A stretch of 49,795 bases of DNA from positions 1 to 49,795 of the forward strand of contig CAYROJ010000001.1 in assembly GCA_964425865.1 (NCBI GenBank), written 5' to 3'. This stretch comes from an uncultured Oscillospiraceae bacterium (GTDB taxonomy: Bacteria; Bacillota; Clostridia; Oscillospirales; Oscillospiraceae). Positions 16,412 through 26,313 of this stretch are shown here, in pieces (the first letter of the stretch is position 1; every line of letters begins with the position of its first letter). Made by a program: the position numbers and the translations under genes. The notes beneath the pieces were generated by a model, which was not told where the DNA came from, did no database searches, and saw only the letters and a list, made by a program, of their open reading frames with translations.

Positions 16412-17188
16412 ATGAACCGGATTAAAATCATTTTTTTCGATATTGATGGCACCATGCTGCCCTTTGGAGCCAGTCAGCTGCCCCCTCGGATGCAGGAAAC
16501 GATCCATCGAATGCAGGCAAATGGGATCATTACCTGCATTGCTACCGGGCGCACGCCCATGACCCTGCCCCGGTTTGAAGGGGTAGAATTTGATGCCTAC
16601 ATGACCTTTAATGGTTCGCTGTGCTTTGATCATAAGGGGGAGATTTACAGCCATCCGATCCCACAAAGTGATGTGCAGACCGTCATTGCCAATGCCAGGG
16701 CCATTGGACGGCCCGTGAGCATTGCCTCCAGAGAGCGGTTGGTGGCCAACGGTGTTGATCAGGATCTGATCGATTACTATGACATTGCCCACATCAAGCC
16801 TCTGCCTTCTGCGGATTTTGAACAGGTTTCCCAAGGGGAGATATACCAGATCATGATGGGCTGCCGGGAAGAAGAATATCCGGCGATTTTGAAAGATGTC
16901 CGGGGCGCAAAGATCGCCGCCTGGTGGGAGCGGGCTGCGGATATTATCCCGGCGGTTGGCGGCAAGGGTGTGGGCGTTGAGAAAATGCTGGAATACTACG
17001 GCCTTGACCGCAGCCAGGCCATGGCCTTTGGCGATGGGAACAACGACCTTGAAATGCTGCAAAGTGTTTCTTACAGTGTTGCAATGGGAAATGCATCTGA
17101 ACGGCTCAAGGCGGTGGCAAAGGAAGTCTGTGGCAAGGTAGATGAGGATGGCATTTATCACTACTGCCTGAAAAACGGGCTGATCTGA
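16412..17188 (+). CDS. Cof-type HAD-IIB family hydrolase
   Basis: FFDIDGTM, IATGR, KG.G and AFGDGNNDLEML motifs. Confidence 0.95.
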   Translation: MNRIKIIFFDIDGTMLPFGASQLPPRMQETIHRMQANGIITCIATGRTPMTLPRFEGVEFDAYMTFNGSLCFDHKGEIYSHPIPQSDVQTVIANARAIGRPVSIASRERLVANGVDQDLIDYYDIAHIKPLPSADFEQVSQGEIYQIMMGCREEEYPAILKDVRGAKIAAWWERAADIIPAVGGKGVGVEKMLEYYGLDRSQAMAFGDGNNDLEMLQSVSYSVAMGNASERLKAVAKEVCGKVDEDGIYHYCLKNGLI

Positions 17189-17262
17189 AATGAAAGAAAT
17201 TCTTGCATTTTAGAATAAATAATGATATGATACCCCTGAAAATTCTAAAAAGGAGAACGAAA

Positions 17263-17547
17263 ATGACCAAGAAAATTCTGGCACTGGTGCTGGCGGTTGT
17301 TCTGTGCCTGGGCCTGTTGGCAGCCTGCGGCAATGACAGTGTTATCGGCGAGGACAAGGCAATTAAGATCGCACTGAAAGATGCCGGTTTGAAGCAGAAT
17401 CAAGTGAGTGTCCACACCCACGGCGGCAGCTACGAGGGTACGCCCTGCTATGAGATCCACATTGACTCCGGCAGTGAGGAATATGCCTATTATATCGATG
17501 CCGTCACCGGAGAGATCCTGGGCAAGAGCAACGAGATCCACGAATAA
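17263..17547 (+). CDS. Small PepSY-domain lipoprotein
   Basis: Start at ATG 17263 (RBS AAGGAG). Lipobox LAAC, then IGEDKAIKIALKDAG...YEI...Y.IDAVTGEIL. Confidence 0.85.
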   Translation: MTKKILALVLAVVLCLGLLAACGNDSVIGEDKAIKIALKDAGLKQNQVSVHTHGGSYEGTPCYEIHIDSGSEEYAYYIDAVTGEILGKSNEIHE

Positions 17548-17554
17548 TGCAAGC

Positions 17555-17583
17555 AAAAGCAAGCCCGTCAGGGCTTGCTTTTT
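17555..17583 (+). terminator. Rho-independent terminator
   Basis: AAAAGCAAGCCC-gtca-GGGCTTGCTTTTT. Confidence 0.8.
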
Positions 17584-17649
17584 GAGATTTATGTGGAAAA
17601 ATTCCGGATGAAATGCTATAATGAAGAAAAACACTGGGAGGAACAGGCT

Positions 17650-19299
17650 ATGGCGGCAAATTTCAAGAAGGATATGGTGGTTTACCAGATCTACCCCCGC
17701 TCCTTTCAAGACAGTAACGGCGACGGGATCGGCGATATTCCCGGCATCATTTCGAGATTGGATTATTTGCGTGATCTGGGGGTGAATACCCTTTGGCTGT
17801 CGCCGATCTACAAAAGCCCGGATGCGGATAATGGCTACGATATTGCGGACTACAAGGCCATTCAGCCCGCCTTTGGCACCATGGCAGATTTTGATGAGCT
17901 GGTGCGCCGGGCGAAAGAGCGTGGCATCGGCATTGTCATGGATCTGGTCATCAATCACACCTCTGATGAGCATATTTGGTTTCAGAAGGCCATGGAGGGA
18001 GATCCGCATTATCGGGATTATTACATCATTCGCAAGGGAAAAAAGGGAAAACTGCCCAACAACTGGGGCAATTTCTTTGCCCAGTGCCCCTGGGAGCGCA
18101 TTGGGGATACGGATGAATATTATCTGCACCTGTTCGACAAAAAGCAGCCGGATCTGAACTGGCACAATTCTCAGGTGCTTCACGAGGTGGAGGACATCAT
18201 GCGTTTTTGGCTTGCCAAGGGCGTGGTTGGCTTCCGCTGCGATGTGATCAATATCATTTATAAGGACACGCTGGCCAATGGCAAAAAACAGCTGGCCTTG
18301 ACGGGGCAGGAGCATTATGTTTCCACGGACGGCTGCCACGAAATTTTGCGCCGCCTTCGCCGGGATGTCCTGGAGCCTTATGGCGCCTTCGCTGTGGGCG
18401 AGACAGTGCTGGTGGATATTGCCAAAGCAAAGGATCTGTGCGACGAGGAGCGGAAGGAACTGGATATGCTTTTCTCCTTTGAACACATGGGCTGTGACGA
18501 TTTGGGGTTAAAATGGTTCAAGACCCGGCTCAGTCCTAAAAAGCTGATGCGCACTCTGGATAAATGGCAGCAAAGGATCCAGTGGAATGCCTGGTATTTT
18601 GAAAACCACGACCAGCCCCGATTTATTTCCCGGTTTACGGACGGCGAAAAGCACCGCTATGCCTGCTCAACCATGATGGCTGGCCTTCAAATGACCCTTC
18701 GGGGCACCCCATATTTGCATGAAGGCCAGGAAATCGGCATGGTCAACGGCGATTTTAACAGTTTAAATGAAATCCAGGATGTGGAAAGCCACAATGTTTG
18801 GGCTATGGCAAAAAAGCTGGGCATTCCCAAAGGGCTGCGCTGGAAGATGATCCGCCGCACCTCCCGGGACAATGGGCGGACACCTATGCAGTGGGATGAC
18901 GGAGAAAATGCCGGCTTTACCACCGGAACGCCCTGGCTGAAGATCAACGGCAATTACCGGCAGGTCAATGCTCAACTGGAATTGGCAGACGACAGAGGCA
19001 TCCGTTCCTTCTGGAAGTATATGATCGACCTGCGTAAAAGGGAACCTGCGCTGTTGGATGGCGCATATTATCCCGCCTATATGAAAGGCAGCATTTACGC
19101 TTTTGAGCGCGTGGCTGAGGGGAAACGGCTGCTGACCATTTGCAACCTCAGCGCCAAACAGGTGAGATTGCCCAGACATTTGGGACAATGGGAGGATCTG
19201 CTGGCATCCAATTATGACCGGCTGGATCAAAAATATTTAAAGCCTTTTGAGTTCCGGCTGATGCAGGAGGAGGTGCAGAACTGTGATCACGACCAATAA
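17650..19299 (+). CDS. GH13 alpha-glucosidase / oligo-1,6-glucosidase
   Basis: YQIYPRSFQDSNGDGIGD, DLVINHTSDEH and QPDLNW motifs. Catalytic GFRCDV, VGET and ENHDQPR. Start at ATG 17650 (RBS GGAGG). Confidence 0.95.
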   Translation: MAANFKKDMVVYQIYPRSFQDSNGDGIGDIPGIISRLDYLRDLGVNTLWLSPIYKSPDADNGYDIADYKAIQPAFGTMADFDELVRRAKERGIGIVMDLVINHTSDEHIWFQKAMEGDPHYRDYYIIRKGKKGKLPNNWGNFFAQCPWERIGDTDEYYLHLFDKKQPDLNWHNSQVLHEVEDIMRFWLAKGVVGFRCDVINIIYKDTLANGKKQLALTGQEHYVSTDGCHEILRRLRRDVLEPYGAFAVGETVLVDIAKAKDLCDEERKELDMLFSFEHMGCDDLGLKWFKTRLSPKKLMRTLDKWQQRIQWNAWYFENHDQPRFISRFTDGEKHRYACSTMMAGLQMTLRGTPYLHEGQEIGMVNGDFNSLNEIQDVESHNVWAMAKKLGIPKGLRWKMIRRTSRDNGRTPMQWDDGENAGFTTGTPWLKINGNYRQVNAQLELADDRGIRSFWKYMIDLRKREPALLDGAYYPAYMKGSIYAFERVAEGKRLLTICNLSAKQVRLPRHLGQWEDLLASNYDRLDQKYLKPFEFRLMQEEVQNCDHDQ

Positions 19300-21604
19300 A
19301 AAAGTGTTCAAGCTGGACACCAGACACACCAGCTATATTTTTACCATCAGTCCCCAGGGACAGCCTGTCCATGTGTACTACGGCAGCAGGCTGCCCAGTG
19401 CCGATGTGGAGGCCCTGAGTCTGAAAAATACCATCATGTACGGTGACTCCGTAGAATATGCCCCCGGCTACTGTCTGGACAGGCAGCTTCTGGAGTTTTC
19501 CGGCATCGGAAAAGGGGATTTTCGCCATTCGCCCATGGAATGTGTCATGCCCGACGGCACCTTCGTCACAGATTTTGTCTATGAAGGCCATCGTGTGACG
19601 GAGGAAGCCTACGAAGGATACTGTGGCTTGCCCTTTGCCACCGGTCGAGGGGAGACACTGACACTGTGGTTTCAGGATAAAAAATTCAAAAATATCCGCC
19701 TGTTCCTCAACTATACCGTTTTTGAAGATTGCGATGTGATCTGCCGCAATACGGAATTGCACAACGGAGAAAATGAGGATCTGACCATTGGCAAGCTGAT
19801 GAGCGCAATGGCAGATTTCCCGGAGGCGGATTATACCAAGCTGTCTCTGGCCGGCGGCTGGGCAAAGGAAGCCCACATCCAGACTGTTCCGGTGACGGCC
19901 GGACTTCATGTGACCCAGTCTTCCACCGGTAGCTCTTCCAATCGTTTTAATCCGGCTTTTGCACTGCTGAAAAACGGCACGGACGAGCGGCAGGGAGAAG
20001 TGGTTGGCTTCAACCTGATTTACAGCGGCAACCACTATTCTGCGGTGGAAAAGACCGCACAGGATACCATGCGTATTATGCTGGGCATCAATCCCCACTG
20101 CTTTCACTGGACCCTTCGCTACGGTGAGAAATTCGTCACTCCCCAGGCGGTGATGACCTGGTCGGATCGAGGACTAAACGGGATGGCAGCCAATTTCCAC
20201 GATTTTGTCAACCGGCATATTGTGCCGGAATATTTCCGGTTTAGACAGCGGCCTGTGGTTCTGAACAACTGGGAGGCCACTTTCTTTGACTTCAATCGGA
20301 AGAAAATCCTGGAACTGGCCGGGCAGGCCAAGGAGCTGGGCGTAGAGATGTTCGTGCTGGACGACGGCTGGTTTGGCAAACGCAACAATGACCATGCAGG
20401 CCTGGGAGACTGGGAGGTCAATGAAAGAAAACTGCCTGGCGGTATCCGGGCGCTGAGCCGGGATATTCACAAAATGGGACTGAAATTCGGCCTGTGGGTG
20501 GAACCGGAATGTGTTAATGAGGACAGTGACCTTTACCGTGCCCATCCGGATTGGGCCGTACAGATTCCGGGACGGGAGCCCAGCCGGGGCAGACATCAGC
20601 TGGTGCTGGATCTGACGAGGGAAGAAGTTCGCAACTATCTGGTGGGCGCCATCTGTAAGGTGCTCCACAGCGGTAAGATCGAATATATCAAGTGGGATTA
20701 TAATCGGCATATGTCCGATATGTACTCGGCAGGCCTTGCAGATCAGGGAGAGTTTTTCCACCGCTATATTTTGGGCCTTTACGATGTGCTGACCCGGATC
20801 TTCAAGAAAAAGCACCCAACGGTGCTGCTGGAAGGCTGCGCCTCAGGCGGCAATCGGTTTGACTTGGGGTGGCTGTGCTTTGCCCCCCAGATCTGGACTT
20901 CCGACGATACCGACGGCCGGGAGCGGATGGAGATCCAGCGAGGGATCTCCTGCTTCTATCCGCCATCTACCATGTCCTGTCATGTGTCCATGACCCCCAA
21001 CCAGCAGACGCTGCGTTCCGTGCCGCTGTCCACCCGGTTCAATGTGGCGGCCTTTGGTGTGCTGGGCTATGAGCTGGACTTCGGGGAACTGACCCCGGAT
21101 GAGCGAAAGCAGATCAAAAAGCAGATCGAATTTTACAAAGCACATCGGGCCACTTGCCAGTTCGGCAAATTCAGCCGTTATTTTCCCAAAACCGGCAGCC
21201 GGGAGTCCTGGCAGATGGCTGGTGACGGGGAGATTTTGGCCGGAATTTACAACCTGAGCTATGAAGTGGCACCCCCTCGGGATGTGCTGCGGATCCTGGA
21301 TGCGGAAAAGGGAAAACGCTATCGTTTCAAATCCGTGCGGCAACAGCTTCAAATCGGCCGCTTTGGCTCACTTGTCAAGCATATTTTGCCGGTGAAACTC
21401 CGCTCCGACGGAAAAATCATGAGCTTTGCCGACCGACACTTCTCCCTGACCGACGGACAGGAGAAATATACTTGCTCCGGGGAGACCCTGCGTGCAGGCA
21501 TCGGCCTTGCCATGCAGTATAGCGGCACTGGATATAATCCCGATATCCGGGTGCTGGGGGATTTTGGAAGCAGCTTGTATTTGATCGAGGAAATAAAAGA
21601 GTAA
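19283..21604 (+). CDS. GH36 alpha-galactosidase
   Basis: NNWEATFFDF, FVLDDGWFG, FGLWVEPE, YIKWDYNR and WTSDDTD motifs. GTG start with an AGGAGG RBS inside the upstream gene. Confidence 0.95.
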   Translation: MITTNKKVFKLDTRHTSYIFTISPQGQPVHVYYGSRLPSADVEALSLKNTIMYGDSVEYAPGYCLDRQLLEFSGIGKGDFRHSPMECVMPDGTFVTDFVYEGHRVTEEAYEGYCGLPFATGRGETLTLWFQDKKFKNIRLFLNYTVFEDCDVICRNTELHNGENEDLTIGKLMSAMADFPEADYTKLSLAGGWAKEAHIQTVPVTAGLHVTQSSTGSSSNRFNPAFALLKNGTDERQGEVVGFNLIYSGNHYSAVEKTAQDTMRIMLGINPHCFHWTLRYGEKFVTPQAVMTWSDRGLNGMAANFHDFVNRHIVPEYFRFRQRPVVLNNWEATFFDFNRKKILELAGQAKELGVEMFVLDDGWFGKRNNDHAGLGDWEVNERKLPGGIRALSRDIHKMGLKFGLWVEPECVNEDSDLYRAHPDWAVQIPGREPSRGRHQLVLDLTREEVRNYLVGAICKVLHSGKIEYIKWDYNRHMSDMYSAGLADQGEFFHRYILGLYDVLTRIFKKKHPTVLLEGCASGGNRFDLGWLCFAPQIWTSDDTDGRERMEIQRGISCFYPPSTMSCHVSMTPNQQTLRSVPLSTRFNVAAFGVLGYELDFGELTPDERKQIKKQIEFYKAHRATCQFGKFSRYFPKTGSRESWQMAGDGEILAGIYNLSYEVAPPRDVLRILDAEKGKRYRFKSVRQQLQIGRFGSLVKHILPVKLRSDGKIMSFADRHFSLTDGQEKYTCSGETLRAGIGLAMQYSGTGYNPDIRVLGDFGSSLYLIEEIKE

Positions 21605-21607
21605 AGC

Positions 21608-21639
21608 AAAAGCAGGGCGCCTATCAGCGCCCTGCTTTT
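21608..21639 (+). terminator. Rho-independent terminator
   Basis: AAAAGCAGGGCGC-ctatca-GCGCCCTGCTTTT. Confidence 0.8.
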
Positions 21640-21870
21640 GTCCGTCTGTGACGGAAATTCTTCGCTGAGGGACATATCTTTTTAATGCGTCCGTCATAGA
21701 TAGTACATATTTAGGCCGTTTCTTGCACGAATTGTACAGATTTTCTTGCTGAAATTCGGCAAATGGTGCAGCTTTTCTTTTGCTTTGTGGTATGTTACAA
21801 TAGAAAAGGAAAAACTGCCGTGGTGTGTTTCCAACGGCAACATGATAGAAAAATGAAAGGCGGTAATCCT

Positions 21871-23622
21871 TTGGAAAAACATCTGATGAGCGGCAATGAA
21901 GCCATTGCCCGTGGTGCTTATGAAGCAGGCGTCCGTGTGTGCTCTGCTTATCCCGGCACGCCCAGCACTGAAATTTTTGAAAACCTGCCTCAGTACAAAG
22001 ATAGCCTGTACTGCGAATGGGCACCCAACGAAAAGGTAGCAACAGAAGTTGCCTATGGTGCCTCCATTGCCGGTGTGCGCAGCCTGTGCGCTATGAAGCA
22101 TGTGGGTGTGAATGTAGCCGCCGATCCCATTTTTACCGCTGCCTACAATGGTGTGGGCAAGGGCTTTGTCATTGTGTCTGCGGACGATCCCAGTATGCAT
22201 TCTTCCCAGAATGAGCAGGACAACCGCCACTATGCCCGGGCTGCTAAAATCGCTATGATCGAGCCGTCCGACTCTCAGGAGTGCCTGGACTTTACCAAGG
22301 CCGCCTATGAAATTTCTGAAAAGTTTGACATCCCTGTGATGCTGCGCACTACCACCCGGGTATCCCACTCCAAGAGCCTGGTGACACTGGGTCAGCGCAC
22401 AGAGCATCCCACGGAGGAATATGTGCGCAATTCCAAGAAAAATGTGGCGTCTCCTGCCAATGCCATGGCCAACCATCCCAAGCTGGAGGAGAACCTGAAA
22501 AAGCTGGAGGCCCACGCCAATGAAAGCCCCCTAAATACCGTGGAAATCAAGGGTACCAAGGTGGGCGTTATCTCCGCATCCATTGCCTATCACTATGCAA
22601 AGGATGCGTTCCCGGAAGATACTTCCTTCCTGAAGCTGGGTATCACTTTCCCTCTGCCCATGGCGCTGATCCGCAGCTTCGCTGCCAAGGTGGAAAAGCT
22701 CTATGTCATCGAAGAGCTGGACGGTTATATGGAGGAGCAGATCAAGGCTGCCGGTATCGACTGTATCGGCAAGGAGCTGATCGGCAATATGTATGAGCTG
22801 AATCCCCAGCTGATCAAAGAGCGTATCTTTGGTGAAAAGCCGGTCTGCAAGAATTTGATGGTCAAGGCGGCACCCCGTCCGCCTGCGCTGTGTGCAGGCT
22901 GCCCCCACCGTGGCTTCTTCTATACCATTGCCAAGCAGAAAAATGTGGTAGTGGCTGGCGACATCGGTTGCTACACCCTGGGCAATGCCCAGCCCTTCAA
23001 CGCTGTGGACAGCGTTGTGTGTATGGGCGGCGGCTTCAGCGTGGGCATGGGTATTGCCAAGGCATTGGAAGCCAAGGGAGAGCAGAAGAAGGTGTTCGGC
23101 ATTATGGGAGACTCTACCTTCTTCCACTCCGGCATGACCGGCGCTGCCGAGATCGTGTATAACAAGGGCAATATTATTCCTGTGGTGCTGGATAACTCCA
23201 TCACCGGCATGACCGGCCATCAGGATAACCCCGGCAGCGGTCACACCCTGCAGGGGGACATTGCTGAGTCTATCAAAATTGAAAATGTTCTGCGTGCCTA
23301 TGGCTATGAGAATATCTACATTGTCGATCCGCAGGATCTGAAAGAAATGGAGGCGGCTGTCAAGGGCGCAATGGCCTCCGACAAGCGCAGCGCCATCATT
23401 ACTCGTCGTCCCTGCCTGCTCATCAAGCGGATCAAGCATGATATTGGGCAGTGTATCGTGGATACTGACAAGTGCATCGGCTGTAAGAAGTGCTTGAAGG
23501 TAGGCTGCCCGGCTCTGATGATCAAGGACGGCAAGTGTAAGATCGACGCGAACCAGTGTGTTGGCTGCACCGTATGCGCCCAGATCTGTCCCGTAGGCGC
23601 CATCAGCAGAAAGGAGAACTGA
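21871..23622 (+). CDS. iorA: Indolepyruvate (aryl-pyruvate):ferredoxin oxidoreductase alpha subunit
   Basis: GNEAIARG, YPGTPSTEI, MKHVGVNVAAD, SSQNEQDNR, LCAGCPHR, TPP motif GDSTFFHSG and two C-terminal 4Fe-4S motifs. Probable TTG start at 21871 (RBS GAAAGG). Confidence 0.95.
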   Translation: MEKHLMSGNEAIARGAYEAGVRVCSAYPGTPSTEIFENLPQYKDSLYCEWAPNEKVATEVAYGASIAGVRSLCAMKHVGVNVAADPIFTAAYNGVGKGFVIVSADDPSMHSSQNEQDNRHYARAAKIAMIEPSDSQECLDFTKAAYEISEKFDIPVMLRTTTRVSHSKSLVTLGQRTEHPTEEYVRNSKKNVASPANAMANHPKLEENLKKLEAHANESPLNTVEIKGTKVGVISASIAYHYAKDAFPEDTSFLKLGITFPLPMALIRSFAAKVEKLYVIEELDGYMEEQIKAAGIDCIGKELIGNMYELNPQLIKERIFGEKPVCKNLMVKAAPRPPALCAGCPHRGFFYTIAKQKNVVVAGDIGCYTLGNAQPFNAVDSVVCMGGGFSVGMGIAKALEAKGEQKKVFGIMGDSTFFHSGMTGAAEIVYNKGNIIPVVLDNSITGMTGHQDNPGSGHTLQGDIAESIKIENVLRAYGYENIYIVDPQDLKEMEAAVKGAMASDKRSAIITRRPCLLIKRIKHDIGQCIVDTDKCIGCKKCLKVGCPALMIKDGKCKIDANQCVGCTVCAQICPVGAISRKEN

Positions 23623-23624
23623 TT

Positions 23625-24206
23625 ATGGAAAAGAAAAGTGCCCTTCTGGTGGGTGTAGGCGGTCAGGGTGCCATCCTGACGGCTAAGGTGCTGGTCAGTG
23701 GTTTAATGAAGGCCGGTTATGATGTAAAAATGTCTGAAGTCCACGGCATGAGCCAGCGTGGCGGCAGCGTTTCCACCCAGGTCCATTGGGGTGAAAAGAT
23801 CCATTCTCCTGTCATTGGAAAGGGTGCAGCGGACATTGTGGTGGCATTTGAAAAGATGGAGGCCGTTCGCTATGCCGATTATTTGAAGCCTGATGGCGTG
23901 GCGGTCATCAATGATTATGAGATCGTCTCCTCTGCCATCGCCACCGGCCAGTGCGAGTATCCTGCCGGCTGTCTGGAAGCCATGCAAGAGAATTTTAAGT
24001 GCTATACCCTCAACGCTGCAAAAATTGCAGAAGAGTTGGGCAGTGCCAAGTGCATGAACATTGTGCTGTTTGGTGCCATGACCGCCGCTCTGAAGATGGA
24101 TGCTATCGACTGGGAAGAAGTCATTGCCGAAACTGTCCCGGCCAAGTTTAAGGAGCTGAACCTGAACGCTTATCGGGCAGGTCGTGCCGCCGCTCTGGGG
24201 GAATAA
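23625..24206 (+). CDS. iorB: Indolepyruvate:ferredoxin oxidoreductase beta subunit
   Basis: GVGGQG and SEVHGMSQRGGSV motifs. ATG 23625 with RBS AAGGAG. Confidence 0.95.
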   Translation: MEKKSALLVGVGGQGAILTAKVLVSGLMKAGYDVKMSEVHGMSQRGGSVSTQVHWGEKIHSPVIGKGAADIVVAFEKMEAVRYADYLKPDGVAVINDYEIVSSAIATGQCEYPAGCLEAMQENFKCYTLNAAKIAEELGSAKCMNIVLFGAMTAALKMDAIDWEEVIAETVPAKFKELNLNAYRAGRAAALGE

Positions 24207-24209
24207 GCC

Positions 24210-25109
24210 ATGCTGAATAATTTGCAAGCCCTTCGTGAAAAATTGGGCGAAGGGAAGAAGACTACCTGTGCCGTGGCTTCTGCCCACGATGCCCATACCC
24301 TGGAAGCGATTCTGACCATGCGCAATGAGGGCTTGATGAACTGTTTGCTCATTGGTCACGCCGAAGAAATTAAAAAAATCGCCGCTGAACATGATCTGGC
24401 CGTTTCTGATGAGGAAATCATCTCCTGCGAAACCGACGAAGAAGCCGCAGCCATCGCCGTCAACCTGGTTCGGGAAGGGAAGGCCGGTTTCATTCTCAAG
24501 GGCCTGCTCCAGACCGGAACGCTGCTCAAAGCGGTGGTCAACAAGCAGACGGGGTTGAATATGGGCGGTGTTATTTCTCACTTTCTGCTGATGGAGCTGC
24601 CCGGCTATCAGAAGCTCCTTGCAGTCACCGACTCCGGTATGATCCCTGCTCCCGATCTGGACACCAAGAAGGCCATCGTCCGCAATGCGGTGGGAGCCAT
24701 GGAGAAGCTGGGCTATGAAAATCCGCTGTTCTCGGCTCTGTGTGCAGCAGAAAATGTAAGTCCCAAAATTCAGGAGACTGTGGATGCTGCCGCTTTGAAG
24801 GAAGCATCCCTTGCCGGGGAACTGGGCAATTGCTATGTGGAAGGCCCCATTTCCTTTGATCTGACCATGAATCCGGCTTCTGCCAAGATCAAGCGGTATG
24901 AAAGCCCGGTGGTGGGCAATGCTGACGGTCTGATCGTTCCCGGCCTGACTGCCGGAAACATTATGGTCAAGGGGCTTATCCAGTTTGCAGGGGCAAAAAT
25001 GGCCGGATGCATTCTGGGCGCAAAATGCCCCATTGCACTGATCTCCCGCAGTGCCAGCTACGAAGAAAAGTATTACTCTCTGGTGCTGTGCGCCCTCATT
25101 AGCAAATAA
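24210..25109 (+). CDS. ptb: Phosphate acyltransferase (Ptb family, divergent)
   Basis: LKGLLQT..LLKAV, AAENVSPK, EGPISFD, GNI.VK and GAKCPIALISRS motifs. Confidence 0.85.
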   Translation: MLNNLQALREKLGEGKKTTCAVASAHDAHTLEAILTMRNEGLMNCLLIGHAEEIKKIAAEHDLAVSDEEIISCETDEEAAAIAVNLVREGKAGFILKGLLQTGTLLKAVVNKQTGLNMGGVISHFLLMELPGYQKLLAVTDSGMIPAPDLDTKKAIVRNAVGAMEKLGYENPLFSALCAAENVSPKIQETVDAAALKEASLAGELGNCYVEGPISFDLTMNPASAKIKRYESPVVGNADGLIVPGLTAGNIMVKGLIQFAGAKMAGCILGAKCPIALISRSASYEEKYYSLVLCALISK

Positions 25110-25230
25110 AAAAGCCCCTTCGAGGGACAAAAGTTGTGATTTTTGATTGGGGGATCGAATGCGTGGCAACACGGTATCCCCTTTGTGCAAAGCGGCTATC
25201 CATATCTGAATTTCCCCAAAGGAGAATTTC

Positions 25231-26313
25231 ATGTATTTACAGTTGATTATCAATCCCGGTTCCACCTCCACCAAGGTGGCCATTTACCGGGATGAAGAAA
25301 AGCTCGTTCAAGAAGATGTGACCCATGACACTGCGGAAATTGCAAAATACGCCAAGATCACCGATCAGATCCCCATGCGTCGGGCGATGATCGAAGATTT
25401 TATGCGCCGCAACAATGTGCAGCCCAGCCAGCTGTCCGCAGTCATGGGGCGGGGCGGCCTGTTGCCGGGGTTGAAGGCCGGCGGCTATCTGATGAATGAG
25501 GATCTGGAAGTTGCACTGGGCAGTGACCTCAGCTCTCCCCATGCATCCAATATCGGCGGCATTTTGGCCTATGAGATCGCCAAACCGCTGGGCATTCCTG
25601 CCTATATTTACGATGCAGTTACCTCGGCGGAGCTGCCGCACCTGGCGCGGTTGACCGGCACACCGAAGGTATACCGCAATTCCTTCTGCCACGCCCTCAA
25701 CGCCCGTGCGCAGGCCATCCGCTATGCCGGACAGATCGGCAAGGATTACAAGGATCTGCGCCTGATCGTGGCGCATCTGGGTGGTGGTATTTCCCTCAGC
25801 GCCCACGCCAACGGCCGCATTGTGGAAACCATTGGCGACGACGAAGGCCCCTTCTCCCCGGAGCGCTCCGGCTCTATTCCGGCGCTGGAACTGATTAAAA
25901 TGTGCTATTGCGGCCAATATACCCAGGCAGATATGAAGAAAATGGTTCGGGGCGGCGGTGGCATGGCGGCCTATCTTGGCACCAGCGATGCCCGTGTGAT
26001 TTTGCAGCGGATCGCCGATGGGGATGAACAGGCCAAGGAGATTTTTGAAGCCCAGGCCTATCAGGTGGCCAAGGGTATCGGCCTGCTGGCCGCATCCCAA
26101 AAGGGACAGTGTGATGCCATTATTCTCACCGGCGGCATGGCCTATGCCAAAATGCTTACGGATTGGATCACTGACTATGTGAAATTTATCGCACCCGTGG
26201 TGGTTTTGCCCGGCGAAAATGAGATGGAAGCCCTGGCGTTCGGCGGTTTACGCCTGCTGAACCAGCAGGAAAAGCCCAATATTTACACATTACCGGAGGG
26301 TTACAAGAAATGA
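25231..26313 (+). CDS. buk: Butyrate kinase family acyl kinase
   Basis: INPGSTSTK, GRGGLL, HASNIG, HALN, AHLGGGIS, GPFSPERSG and PGENEMEALA motifs. Confidence 0.92.
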   Translation: MYLQLIINPGSTSTKVAIYRDEEKLVQEDVTHDTAEIAKYAKITDQIPMRRAMIEDFMRRNNVQPSQLSAVMGRGGLLPGLKAGGYLMNEDLEVALGSDLSSPHASNIGGILAYEIAKPLGIPAYIYDAVTSAELPHLARLTGTPKVYRNSFCHALNARAQAIRYAGQIGKDYKDLRLIVAHLGGGISLSAHANGRIVETIGDDEGPFSPERSGSIPALELIKMCYCGQYTQADMKKMVRGGGGMAAYLGTSDARVILQRIADGDEQAKEIFEAQAYQVAKGIGLLAASQKGQCDAIILTGGMAYAKMLTDWITDYVKFIAPVVVLPGENEMEALAFGGLRLLNQQEKPNIYTLPEGYKK

